From: Hydrolagus affinis
Taxonomy: Eukaryota
DNA length: 64,000 nucleotides
Assembly (NCBI GenBank): GCA_012026655.1
Contig: JAAILG010000111.1
Location: 62,001-126,000 of the forward strand
Direction of reading: 5' to 3'
The first letter of the stretch is position 1. Each line of letters begins with the position of its first letter. A program made the position numbers and the translations under genes. Below the pieces are notes generated by a model that was not told the DNA's origin, did not search any database, and saw nothing but the letters and a program-made list of their open reading frames with translations. Of this stretch, positions 1 through 13,865 are shown piece after piece.

Positions 1-265
1 CCAGTACATTATCGTTTGGATGAGATGTTAAACCGAGGTCCTGTCTATTTGTTCAGTGGACATTAATGATCACATGGTACCATTTGTAAAGAGCAGGGAA
101 TGTATGCTGGTGTCCTGTTCAACAATCCACCAAAATAAAGGTGGTCATTCACTGCATGGTTGCTCGTGCCACATTGAGGTGTCCAAATTGGCTGCCGCTT
201 TCACCAACAAAAAACAAAGTCACGGGACTTTACAGTATATCCTGTGAAGCGCTTTGAGGCATTGA
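1..265 (+). mobile_element. Deu-domain SINE fragment (SacSINE1/AmnSINE1-like)
   Basis: ggatgagatgttaaaccgaggtcctgtc...gagcaggg...ggtgtcctg...aaattggctgccgc...gtgaagcgctttg matches the recalled Deu-domain consensus and tail. Confidence 0.75.
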
Positions 266-957
266 CCCCTCCCCGCCACACCCCCAAGCGAAAGGTGTTT
301 AAGGTTTAAGGTGCATAAGAAGTTTTTTTTAACATTAAGCGGTACAAGACTTGTAATATGCAAGACTTTTGTTGTTTCTGTATAAGTTGACTTCATGTCA
401 TGACCCTTTGTCCTGGCTGTGACACCATTAGCTTCAATCAGAAAATTCAGTAGCATTTCTGGCAATTGTTTGAAAGTCTGCGATTGTAATGTACACCCTG
501 CCATCACTAGAAAAAAATGGATCTGACACTGGAATTAGGAAACGAGTGCTTCCTGTCTGAAGGCAAAAAGCGTAGCACATGTGGAATCTTGTCATAACCA
601 ATATGCTTGTAATCAAAGAGCTTTTGTTTTTGATTTCATTGCCTATAAAGAACCTGCGAGAACATGTCTTTCCTTCACCTGTCCTCTTGCAGTAATTCCC
701 CTTTTACTAGATTAAATGTCAACACATTCCTGGACAAGTACATGCATTTACCTAATTGATGTTTTTTTTTCTCTCTCTACATTTGCCTTTTGACTAGTGC
801 TGAAGGCAAAGTATATTCCACTGGAAGCTCTAATAGAGATAATCTGTGCACCTACAGTCTGTCAGTCATTCACTCTAAGCTTATACTGTTCCATGCTGGT
901 TAGGGAACAGCAGAGATCCTGTGAAAAACCATTTCTGGTGTTATTGTGAATACAATA

Positions 958-1370
958 AAATGCAATTCACATTTATATAGTGCCTTTCACATGGGGGGAA
1001 TGCATCAAAGTGCTTCATACTACTAGCTGGGCATCCAAGCTGAGGGGAAGGGGCTGAAGATCTTTTTGGAGGAGAAAAATAGCTGAAAGCATGATCAAAG
1101 AGGTAAGCTTTGAAAGTTGGGTAGGCATTTTGGAGTGACTCCGGGATGGAGTTCTATAGAGGGAGGGAAGAATAACTGAAAGCTTACCTGCAAATGGTCA
1201 GTCAGATAAAATGGGGACATGAGCAGCACAAAGTTCGCCGAGTAAGGGCATGGCCAGGTGGCTGGGGGTATAGGCAAAGGTTGCAGAGATAGGCTGGAGC
1301 AAGGCCGGGGAAGGAATTTCTAAGTGAGAACGAGGATCTTGAATTTGGTTTGCAGGGAAAATGGGAGTTG
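958..1370 (-). mobile_element. Decayed L2 LINE 3' end
   Basis: Tail catttatatagtgcctttcac followed by purine-rich L2 3' sequence (gaggatcttgaat) shared with other L2 copies in the window. Confidence 0.6.
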
Positions 1371-1950
1371 AGAACAAGGATGCTGATGATACATGATCAT
1401 TATCATAATGCCACAAGAGTGAAACTACTTCACAAAATGTTTACTTCTGCGGTTCCTTTAACTAGCAGTTCTGAAGCACGAGACAATGAGATGCTCTGAT
1501 TACAATGGTTACATTTAGAATTGCAAGGGAATGCGCTTTCCCTTTAAAGGTGTTATTGTTATTATTATAAAGGTCTTGAGTAGCCAAGTATTTGTACACA
1601 TAAATGGAGGTTATAGAGGATTTAAAAGTGTGACACAAAGAGGTTGTTGCAGTACTTGGGGAGAGACATATCAATACATCTATTACTCACCGTTATTTTA
1701 TGGCACCCCAGAACACAATGTGGTTTTCATTCAATAAAAACGACAGCAGTGCAAGTTTATAGGTTCTTATCAGTAATTCTGCAAGTTCTTTCTTAACTGA
1801 TGTATAGGAAAGATTCAAATCTGTCCATGTAAAGACTAAACTGCTTGAGGTATTGTGCCTTAGCATTAATGGAGATTTTGCAAAATGCCACATTTTCAAA
1901 CAGTGACATCTTGGTTTCTTGGGCTCAGATTTTAACCACGGTTTTTAATA

Positions 1951-2090
1951 TTAATAATAATCCTTGTGTTTGATATAGCGCCTTGTCACATCATTGAGAT
2001 GTTTCAAAGCGCTTCACAGAATATATTGCAAAGTGAAGTGCCTGTCTATTTTATGGGGGAAACCACGCAGCCAGTTGTGCACAGCAGTGT
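1951..2090 (-). mobile_element. 3' fragment of the dominant tRNA-derived SINE, followed by (TG)n
   Basis: aataataatccttg...caaagcgcttcacagaatat...gtgcacagcagtg, homologous to the full copy at 20866-21188. Confidence 0.8.
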
Positions 2091-5000
2091 TCTGTGTGTG
2101 TGTGTGTGTGTGAGTGGGGGTGCACATATATGTGTAGAGTGGGCGCATGTGAGTGTGTGGGGTGGGGGAGAAGGGTAGTGCATGTCTGTTTCAAAACATA
2201 CCTGAACTATTTTAACTTTCTTTCTTAAATAAGGAATGGAATTTGTTTAAGAATTGCGCAAATTTAATAACAAACAATCAAAATTAGAAAAAAAAACTAG
2301 TTTTAAAAAGTCTGGGGAAATGGAACTTTGCATGTCCTTCTGAAGTTTCCACCCAAAGTGGAAAGTGTTGCTGTTCAGTTACTAATAAGATCCAGTGCCA
2401 TGTCTACAGGCCTTCTATTAGCTGAGATCAGAAATGCTTCCAATTTTACTTTGTAATGCTTTAGGCATTCATTGAATACTATAATGCCACTCGTTGAATT
2501 TTATTGCATAAGAGTCACTGGAACAATTCAGAAATGGTTGACTTTCATTACTGTTTTCTCCAGAGGCTGAGATGAAGTCACTTGACACTGGTCTCCGACT
2601 ATGTAGCATCAACTCGAAAATTCTTTTCAATTAAATGCTCACTCTAACAGATGTTATTGGCATTAGTGAGGGTCCATTCCGTCTACAGCAACAAAAATTA
2701 AGATATTTCAGGAATTAACCTATAAATCATTACGCATGTAATGGGCTGCAGTATTTTAAATCAGAAAGTGAATAGCTAGCAGATGCGAATTTAGTCCATC
2801 TGTTTTATTGTCGCTCAGATGTATCAGTTTCATCACAGTGTCTGGGACATTTAATTCATATTAGGTATGAAATATGGCAAAAATTGCAATTTGGCCATCG
2901 GTCATTAAATGTACCCAACCCCAAATCTAATGTTTCTGTGATAATAACACTGATACAGATAAACCTGAACTTTCAATGGTTGTCAGGAGCTTACATTATT
3001 AAGGAGATAAGAAGTGATTCAAAAAGCAATTTCCCTGAATAGGATGGAAAGCTTCCAGATCTTTGGGTGCAGAAAGCACGTCATGCGTGAATAATTTATA
3101 CAGAAATTCTATCGCGAAGCTATATCAATTTCCACCATTAAACCTGTCTGAGGAGGAAAGTACATCTACATCTGTGACAGAAGAGCATCCGACAGTTGCA
3201 AAGCCATTCAAGCACCCAGAACAGGACAAAACTGTAATAAAATTAGTCAGTGTCATATTTGAACGAGCTGACTAATGATACCATCTGTGTGGGATGGTGT
3301 GTCATAAGCAACTGGATGAAAAACTACAGGGCATTGTAAAAGTGTCTGCTTCCCTGCGTATGATTTTCCACCTTCAAAGATGCTTTTTTCATGAAATATG
3401 GAACAGCAGCTCGGATCACAGCACTGCCCCAAACCCCAGGTCTTATCTGTGAAGAGATTTATTTGGACTGTTGCAAAGTAAATTTATCTGAACAGTCAAT
3501 CCGGTGAGTGTTGACTAATGCCACCATCATTATGACGCCTGTAGGAAAATAACACAAAGCTGTCAATTTGACAATTATCTAACTTGTCATATTTTTGTTA
3601 TTGATAAACTTATGCAAAATGTATCACAAATATCTACCTGCAGAGAACTGGAACCTTTAAATGCAAATATATCCCCCCCCGGGGAATTGCAAAGATTTGA
3701 TTGGAAATAACCATTGCAATGGCAAGGCTTGATTTCCTTTTTGGATCCTATTTATTTGAGCAGCTATGCAAATAGAAACTATACAGGTCTAAAGCTGCAT
3801 CATTCTCCCTATGGGTGTAGAAGCTTTCTCGTTTCTATCTCTGAAGAAAGTCATTTCAAACATTTTTCTACATTTACAGTTGGTAATTTAAAGAATTGTA
3901 GAATTAAATGTCTCACAGTAGTACAGTGACTGGGTTTTGCAGGCAAATGATAACTTAACCTGTGCAAACTGATATAAGCCACTTTCATAATCGATGGAAA
4001 TCTCAAAATGCTTTAAACAGCTGACTGAAACAGTGAGATAAAATAAGATGCTAAGTTATAAATATTTGAAATAAATTATCAAGCAATGATAGAGATAATG
4101 GCATTGTGATTATTTAAGCACCTTGGGATGACCTCCTGATGTGAAAGTCGCTATATAAATGTAAATTTGTATTGTATTCACAAAGCAATGATAGGACAAT
4201 TCATAATACTGGAGGGTGTGATTCAGGGACCAAATGATCTTTTCTCAACCAACTTTTCTCCTGTTGTTTAAAAGACATTCAATATTCCTAGCACACTTTT
4301 ATTTATTCCAGTTGGTAAGAAAAAATATAACTTGGAGATTTAAGAAATAATCTTGAAAAAGCACCTCCTCAGATGATGTGCAGTGTGACACATATGCTTG
4401 TAATTAAAATAGTCATATTGATTCTGTATCTATGCACTATAGATAAAAATTCAGATGTGTTAATTAACACCTTACGGTGCTAAAAAACACACCTCATTGA
4501 CCTTATGAGGGTAACCAAAGGATGCTTTCAACAAACGACAATGACAGGATAAGGAAGCTCTTTTCAGGATCACAAGATTTATTCAGGTGAAGAAGGCCCT
4601 TCAACCCATTTGATCTTATCCCTCCAGAACACCCACCCTGACATCCTCCGATCACAGCATGAAGCTGTCTTTTATGTAAAATGAGTCCAGTGCCCTAAGG
4701 GTTACTAATAGTAGTGATAATAAGAATAATAATAGCTCTGAGAAAGGGCAGTTTATCCTAAGACAAGAAGCACTGTATTGGGGGTTAGCATGGGACACAA
4801 TCAGGTAATGCTGCTTTAGCCTTGGTGTCATTATCTAAGAGATTCTTATCATATCATGTGATGAGTTGTTACAGAGGGTAAAAAAGCTTCTGGAAACCGG
4901 GCTTGCTTCCTGATGCCTGGTGCTCACCGAACACTTGAAGCCTGCAAATCTTCCGAGCACTGCATACGGTATTACAAGGTTACCAACCGCAGAAGCCATG

Positions 5001-6259
5001 AGTTCATGTCTACCCACCCCACACCCAGAGACAGCTGAGAGAGGGAGTGCCCTCCATTCACTGCCAGGGTGGAGAATATACAGAACTCTGCAAGTGAGTT
5101 CTGTAAATGGGAATATTTCAGGCAAAAAAAATCAACGGATATGAAACATAAGAATACTTGGGAGTCTGGGACATATGTTACCAGTTATAATATTTAACTA
5201 TTCCCGGAGATACATTCCTCTTGAAAAGTTAATGGCAGGAGTGAAACTAATTACAGCGTCCCTGTTTTATGCTATGACTATGCACAAATGTTCGGATTTT
5301 GTTATTCAAGTAATGTGAGTTTGGCATGAAGCCCCATTAAAAGCGGGTTTTGTTGTTGGAAAATTTGATTTTTAGAAGGACTGACTACGCAATACCGGAT
5401 TTCAGAGGTCGGTCTTCGACTTGAGCCCAGCAGTGAACCATTGTTCATTGTCAAAGCTGAAATTGTTTCCAACGCATGGTCAAAGTTATATTTCTTAAAT
5501 CTGGCCAAACTTTGCTAAGTCGATTTTCTTATTTATCATTTTAACAGCCTGCCTAATCTTCAGTTTCAGTTTGGATTAAGAACGGCGAGGAAAATTTCAG
5601 AAGTGAAATACTGAGCGCTGTAAAAATTTAGAGTTACCTAATTCTTTGCTCTGTATACTTGCTCCCAGGAAAACACTGACTGGTATTATAATAAATAATA
5701 ATAATCCCTGGATTGATATAGCGTGTTATCACATCATCGAGAGTTTCAAAGAATATACTGGAAAGTGTAGCAACTGTGTATAGAGATACATGTACAATAC
5801 AAATAAAAGAGATGCAATAGAGTGATGGGAAGAGCTGTGATATCTGACCTAGTTTCAAACCAGTAGCTCATTGTCTCATTCCTTGAATTGGGCAAAGCCC
5901 TAGCTTCAGGCTGCTGTTCACTAACCACTCGTCCTCAGAAACAAATCCATGCTTTGATGAATGAACCTGCCTCGAAACCGGGAGAAAAGCTTCTTAAATT
6001 AAGAGTTTCTGTATCTCTTGAAATGTATAAAATCAAATAACCATAAATAACCACAGATTATTTCCTTCATTCACAAATGGGCTTAATCTAGATGTGTGTA
6101 ATAAAATACTTTGATTAAAATACTGTACTTAAAATATTTTTCTCACGATGTCTACTGTAATTAATTTGTATTCACTGCTTGTGACGTCACTTTATAATTT
6201 TCAAATGCTGTAAGAAAACCTTTACAACAGGTTCTGGAAGAATTTAGACTGAGGATGCA

Positions 6260-7025
6260 AAATAATAATAATAATACTAATCCTTTTGGTTTAACACCTT
6301 AGCATGATGAGAGGATGTCTGAAAGTGGTCCACACCAGAAATTAACACCAGAAATTACTGTGAAATGGAGTGATTGTGTATTTGTCGGCAAATGCACCAG
6401 TACAATTGCACACAGCAAGGTCCCACAAAACAGTCATGAAGTGAATGACCAATTTTATTTGGGGGATTGTTGGCCTGGACACCAGGAGAAACTCCCTTCA
6501 TATTTCCAATTTTTCCAACTGAAGAAGCAGGATTTAACATCCCATCCGAAGGATGACACCTCCGATAGTGCAACCACCACCCCACCACCCAGTGCTACAT
6601 TGAAATGTGATTTCAAGTCCAGATAATAATAACAATGATAATAATCTCGCATTTGATACAGCGCTTTTCACATCTTATCAACGTCTCAAAGCGCTTCACA
6701 GAATATACTGTAAAATGAATTGACTGCATATTTGTGGGTGAAATGCGGCAGCCAATTGTGCACAGCAGTGTCCCACAAATAGTCGTGGATTGAAATGACC
6801 AATTTTATTATTGTGGTTTTTTTTGGACACATTATTATCAGGAGTGTGGAGTAAGGAAAGGAAACTTGCCCAAAGTTTCGCCCTGATCTGCCTGGATTCG
6901 AACATAGGACTCATGCTTGTAAGGCGTGTGCTCTAACCACTGAGCTACAGGAGCTCCACAATTTGAACCCACAATCTTCTGACTCGTCCACAGACGAGAG
7001 TGCTACCACTGAGCTAGGCTGACAC
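6260..7025 (-). mobile_element. Old Deu-domain SINE interrupted by a younger SINE
   Basis: Tail at ~6260, Deu core (tttaacatcccatccgaaggatgacacctcc) at ~6530-6570 and tRNA-like head (tgaacccacaatcttctgactc...gagagtgctaccactgagc) at 6960-7025. Confidence 0.7.
6623..6957 (-). mobile_element. Full-length tRNA-derived SINE (SINE2-1_CM-like), nested in a Deu-SINE
   Basis: Pol III A box (TAGCTCAGTGG), B box (GTTCGAATCC), body and (ATT)n tail. Confidence 0.9.
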
Positions 7026-8911
7026 ACATGCCCAGATGTATGAGATTGTGCACTGCGTTGTGGGCGTTGTACACAGTGCAAGAGACGCACAGTAGGGTAT
7101 GGTGCTTCATCCCCCAACAGCTCCCCTGAAGCCTTGCCCTTGTCACCACTGTTCAGCCTTCATACAAAACCTGGGCATTGTTGAGCAGATGCCTGTATTT
7201 CACGACACCGCTTTGCAAAGCCCTCTGACTGTTGCTAAAGTACACAGTCACCTCATTTTACAGTAACAACAGTAACTTGCATTTATATAACTCCCTCACA
7301 CTATTCAGAGATAAGGAGGTGCCAGCCCTTGAAGGGATTCGAAAACGAATGTGAGGATCTTGAATCGATCTGTTCAGTGATAGGGAGCCGGTGGACCCTG
7401 GCTAGAACTGGTGTGAATGTATAGTATATCCTGCAAAGTGCTTTGAGATGTCCTCCCAATGTGAAAGGCACTATACAAAAATGTGAGGACTATTATTATT
7501 ATTATTGGAAGCAATAACTGAAATATTTCATTTGTTCCAACATTTGTGGCACATGGCCAAACACTGGAGCTAAGATGTATTTTCACATTCAGTAAAATAA
7601 TAACATGTTATTTCAGCAAACTCTCATTTGCATTTCATTTAAGAGGATCCATCCTGCTGCTACGCCATTGGCTCTAGGTATTTCCTGTTGTGGATATTTA
7701 AGACCTACCTCTTTGAGAGTAGACTTTCGGTCATTTTTCCCCTCCCCACCCACCTTTGGCTCCCACCCCAATCTCAGGTGCCCAGCCAATAATGTCAAGT
7801 GCTTTGAGATGTTCTGCTGGTGTATTGTAATTTGTTTTTTGATCCACAAAATACACAGTCAATTCGACCGACAATGTATTCTGTGAAGCTCTTTGGGATG
7901 TGAAAAGGTGCTGGATCAAATGCAAGGATTATCATTATTATTATTAATAAATTATATTGTATTGATGGGGAAGTTTCTAATTGTTTTTTCAGTATGCTTC
8001 AAGCCTCACCACTTTATAGCTATTTTCAATTTTGTAAATTTTTTCTGCAGACAGAAACAAAAGGGATCAATTATCGCTTAAAATACAACTTCCCTTTTTA
8101 TATCTACGAATCTGTGCAGATCTCTGGTTAGAAATTTTAAACAGCGATGCACATGAATCATGTATGCATTTTTACTCAGTCTTTTTGACAATGATGACAA
8201 TGATGAATGATGCTCTTATTTTTTTACTGAGGTACCATCAAACCTGAAGTGGCCAGAAAAATGTCCTTAGGCATGAAAGGACATTTTAGGCATGAAAGAT
8301 GCAGTCTGAGAAACCACTGACAAGACTATTTCCTTCCTAAATATCCACCTCCACCCAATGCAATATCTATAGCAGAGCCAGCTACATAAAGAGGATGATT
8401 TAACTAATAGAGTCTTGGCTATTCCTGCGTACCCTGAAGTCACTCCTCCATTGTTTGCCGATTCTTTTGAAGCCCTGGGAAAAAATATATCAAAGTGTCG
8501 TAGGTCTGACAGAACTTTGCACGTTTTAGACACTGGCTCCGTGACAAAAGCACATACAACAGAAGGGGTTTTCATGTCCTGCTACCCCCAGAGCACTTCT
8601 CAGGGACATGAAAGGTGGGCTTCGTCAAAGTGCGGATTACATGCCTCTGCATGAATGTGAAGGAGCTGTGTGAATGGCCTTCTCTCTCCCTCTCTCTCTG
8701 ACTCCCAGCTGTACAGGCCAGGAGCCTCAGGTGTAGCTGTCCTTGAATGTGACAGTTTTGACAGGTGAGACTCCATTAAGAGCCAGGCACAGGAAATAAA
8801 TAAAGCACTCCAGCCTTCACCTCCCAATGTGACCACATCAGAAGTGACACAGACAGCGGAGACTGATCTTCTCAGTTTGCAAACTGCGGCTCAAAGTAAC
8901 CCTGGTTAAAC

Positions 8912-9050
8912 TTAATAATAATAATCCTTGCACTTGATATAGTGCCTTATCACTTCATTGAGGAATCAATGAATATATTGTAAAGTGTAGTGACTGTATA
9001 TTTTATGGAAGAAACATGGCAGTCAATTGCGCACAGCAGTGCCTCACAAC
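8912..9050 (-). mobile_element. SINE 3' fragment
   Basis: aataataatccttgcacttgatatagtgcc...caattgcgcacagcagtg. Confidence 0.8.
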
Positions 9051-12000
9051 TGAAATCTGATTGAAATCTGATCAAAGTCCAATGGCACAGGCTACATTTT
9101 CTCACACTACTGATAAGCAAATGTGCATCTCGCTCTCTCTGGGCGCCTGCACTTTACTTTAATCTTCAGCATGACTCTTTGGAATCATTGCTAATTGAAG
9201 TTTATTTAAATTATGTCACAAGCATCTAAACAAGCAATTAAAAGGGCAAGCGATCAAAATGCAAGCTTTAAAGTGGTAGATGGTTGCATTGTAAATCCAC
9301 ATTTACGTCACGCTTTCACATCTGGAGATTTGTCCCAAAGTGCAGTATTAATACATGTAGGATAAGATGGGCATTCGAGCAGCTAACGCCTGCCTCAATA
9401 GGATGTGTTAAATTATGTTGCGGTGTTGAGTGTTCCTGTATTATATTGATCATACCTTTTGCTGCCCTCCCATCTCTTACATTTGTATAGTGCCTTTTGC
9501 GTTGGGAGCACACCTCAAGGTGCTGGATAGTCAGGGATTTGGAATCAGCATTGAATGTTCAGTTCAACAGCGAAAACAATGCCAATTTATATTTATATTA
9601 CATCTTTCATGTCTCAAAGTACACCATACTTCTGACTGGTGCCGGGGTGTGTGGTGGGGGTGAGAGGAGAGGTGGGGGAAGGTTGCTGGAGACAAAATAC
9701 TGTTGCTACATCAGCAAACAAAATTAGATTCCTCTTCTATTGAATTTACAGGAACAACTTGGATTTATACAGCGCACTTCACACGAGATAGAGTTTTGGA
9801 GTACTGTCTCACCTTCTTATGATACCATAGTTAAAGCCCAAAACATCTAGTCTGATACCCGAGTGCCTCATAGGCCAAGGGAAACAGGTGCCGTAAACCA
9901 GAAAGGGAAGTGTTTTCGCCGCTGCCAGAATGTTCATCACAATTTAATTCTAAATTGGTAAAGGATTTTCCAGCCGTTAATGCGACTGGCTAGTTTGCTT
10001 ATTCTCATACAGTTCAACGTGGTGGTTAATATTTGATGGAGATGGATTAAATTTACCAGTTGAGGGAATTATTGGATGGGAATTCGATCACCTTAACTCA
10101 TGCTGTAAATTCTGTATGAGCCGGCAAGCATGAGCCAAATGCTGGTGAATTTTTAATATGAGTGAAACGCAGTGAAACCTGCTAACTCTCTTACTCATAT
10201 TTAAGAGCATCAAATGGAACATTTAAAATATTCAAACGCTTGCTTCACAAGATTGAAGATTGTAATGCCAGTTCAGCTGCTGTAAATCCTGGCTGTGATG
10301 TGACTACTTCACTACAGCAACTGCACACCCATGTTTGTATTGGATCGTGAAATTCAAAAAGCTGATTTGGATAGATTTAATGTGCCAATTGCCTTGGATT
10401 GGTGCATATACGTGGCACAATAATAAACAATCCTTGGATTTGTTATAATGTCTTATCATGTCATCGAAACATCATTAAACGCTTTACAGAATTTACTGTA
10501 GAATTTCACGAAATGTCAGGCAAAGAAGAAGCCAATTCAGCCCATCATGCCTGTACTGGCTCTTTTAAAGAACAATCCCGTTAGTTCCAATTACTGCCTT
10601 TAACCGCCATACCCTTGTACGTTATTCCTTTTTAGATTGGTGTGTCGTGACTGTGTAGTGACTGTGTATTTTGTAGTATAATTGCAGTGTACCGTTCTAT
10701 TCAGCCCAGGTTTTATTAACGACCATTATTCTCCAATGCCATTACAATTCTTAAGACTTTTTAAAGTTCTTCAAAATAGTAAATACAATACTTTGGTTAC
10801 TCAACCCATGACTGTTTGTGAGACATTGTGGGCACTGCGTTTCGCCCCAAAAATATACAGCCAATTCATCTGTGAAGCAAACGTAGAGTAAAAAGCTGGA
10901 ACTGACTTCTCCCTCATATTTCCATTGTGTTTTCCACATCCCTTTCCTTTCCTCCTTTGGTACTACAATGTTTAAATGGCTCACTGAATGTAGCTTAATA
11001 CAGTGGGATAGAAATTGTAATGTTATTTAATCCAAAACACAATGTATAGTCACTTAATACTTTATTCGAACTTTATAAATCAACCTCTTTCAAAATCTGC
11101 AAGTCACTCTTCCCAGAATCCCTTCATACTTGCATCCTCCACATTCAATTGCCACTTCTGTCATTAAAGCAATATGCAATATGCAACAGAAATAAAGTAG
11201 CTTATTTAACAACCACTATTTTGATGCTGGTTATTTAAAACACAGCTCAGCTGGATGAGATCTACCATATTTACAGCATCTCACCAGATACATCAAAGCC
11301 AGGTCCATTTTGTACATAGTTCAAAAAGGCATTTCAAATTGTAACTAGTTCCTTTTGATAAACATCACATCAAGCATCTCAAACTATGGCAAAGATTGTA
11401 GCAGAAGTTAGACATTGCTGAACCTGGTTACAACACAGATGCACAAGGAAGTAAAAAGGGAGAAAACAAGTTCGATTTAAATCCAGCCAAATTACATCAG
11501 TCTTGGCTATTTCCCAGAAACCTTTGTCTGCAAACACCTTAACTTGCCATACCTTTTCTTTTGGCTTTACTCGAATTGCTGAAGTGTTGTTTTTAAGGGC
11601 TCCGATTTACCCTGCATGAAGGGCACTATTTAAGTAGAAGCTATTGTTGTTTTGCCGGATGGATATTGTAAAATATTGCACTGTATTTAACCATGATCTC
11701 CATGACTCAACCACGTTCATCTCTGTCTCTTTCTGTAACTCATCTTGCCAATGACATTTGCATTTTGGTGTATTACATTTCTAATGCCCTTTGCAATCTA
11801 TCCAAGCTGTTACACATTGCATTCACGCCCAAGAACACAACAAAGAAATACAAAGTGAAGAATATGATCCTACCATCTTATGTACTATTTTTTCATACCA
11901 TTGATGGCTTTCAATGTAAAGATGTTAATACAGATTACCTCCACATATCATCTTCACAAAAACAAGGGATGTTCCCAAAAGCAAATCCAAAGCAACAAGG

Positions 12001-12176
12001 GAAGGACTTAAACGGATAAACCTGCTGAAAGAGAATCAGCGCCACAATAAAACACTAGGTTTCAGGCCAAACGCCTGTGGTAATATATCCCACTCCCATA
12101 CCACGTGACTTTAATGCCAACCACTTCTGATAGATTTATAGTTTGAAATAGAATGATGTGCAGGTTAAACAAAATT

Positions 12177-12622
12177 AAGTCCTGTAGCTCAGTGGTTTGA
12201 GCACTCGCCTCGCAAGCGAGAGAGCAGTGTTCGATTCCCGGAAGCATGAAACATTGGACAAGTTTCCTTACTCCACGTGCCTCTGTCTTGGCCAACAGTC
12301 CAGTAACTCAGTGGTTAGAATACTTGCCTTACAAGCATGAGACCTGTGTTCGAAACCACGCAGGTCAGGGTGAAACCTTGGGCAAGTTTCCTTACTCCAC
12401 ATGTCTAATAATAATCCTTCCAATAAAACACAATAATAAAATTGATCATTTCAAACCACGACTGTTTGTGGGACATTGCTGTGCGTAATTAGCTGCCGTG
12501 TTTCACCCACAAATATACAGTCAATTCACTTTACAGTATATTCTGTGAAGCGCTTCAAGACATCTAGAAGATGTGGAAGGCGCTATATCAAAATTCAACA
12601 ATATCAAAATTCAAGGATTATA
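12177..12622 (+). mobile_element. Tandem SINE head plus full-length SINE
   Basis: Head (12177-12290) directly followed by a second complete copy (12297-12622) with a 16-bp duplication in its tail. Confidence 0.85.
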
Positions 12623-13865
12623 ACATTCGTCCATATATAGTCATTCTTTTTGTAGCTGTTTGTGGATGTTGCTGTGCACAAGTTGACTGCCGCATTTAGT
12701 TTACAAAATACACAGTCACTGCATGTTACAGTGATGCATTTTGAGGCGTCCTCCCGATATGAAAGGTGCTATATCAGAAGCAAGGATTTTTATTATTACA
12801 TTTGAAATGCAAAATAGAACAATAAAAAAGTAGAATTAGGCAAAATTATTGTATAAATGTAATAGGGATCTAAAACCTAAAAGTTATTCATCTCTTATTC
12901 CCCCTCCGTCACCCGCACCCCCACGCCCCCAGTCACACCAGACAAAGATCTTATTAGTCTCTGCAAACTGTATTTGAGACATTAATCAGATCCTGACTCC
13001 TCTTACTTTCTTGGCACGTGTATATAAACCCCTAAGCGCAGACCGTAATGGTTCAAAAGGTAAAAGAATGGGTATTGTACAACAGATTTCAGACAGGATG
13101 TTCTGGATGGAAAAAACAGGTCTATACTTCAGGGATTAAAAAAACATGTGACTCTGTTGTAGATCTGCCAGTTTATGGCTTCAGCAAATTGCATCTTCAA
13201 ATATTCTCGCTGTTACACCATTTGCCTGAAAACTCAAGGTTGACCACAGTGGCCTTTATATAGTCCAGAGTAGAAACTGTTGAGTGTTTAAACATTTGAA
13301 TCACCGACATTGTACAATTATTCTAACATGAACCATTGAGCAGAGCCCATGCACACTTTTGGTGGTCTATATTTAACTGGAACACTCTTTCCTTGAAGTA
13401 AACAACCAGAAACCATCATTATCTGTGACAACTTCATTTAAACAACACATTGGAACAAATAGAACAGACTCATAGGGACTGAATGATCACCTCCCCGAAA
13501 TACAATTATAATCCTTGCATTTGATACAACGTATTTCACCTCAGGAGGATGTCTCAAAGCGCTTCACTGGATTCACTGTTCCTACATTTCTAACACAATG
13601 TTCTAAAATCAACTCAAATTAGAATTTAACACCACAATGTTTACTTTATTTTCTTGTCTGTAGTTAACTGCAGTCAAACATTTTCATTGTATGCATTTCT
13701 TTAAAGTATACACTTTCAGCTGTTTCTGTCAGCATTTTGCTCGGAATTTGCCTTTTTTCAGAATTTGCCTTCTTGGGAATCTTGATTTACTGGCTGCGAA
13801 TTGCAAATTTCAAATTTGTTATTTTGCAAAATAATACAACAAATGAGTTTGCTAATTATAAGACA

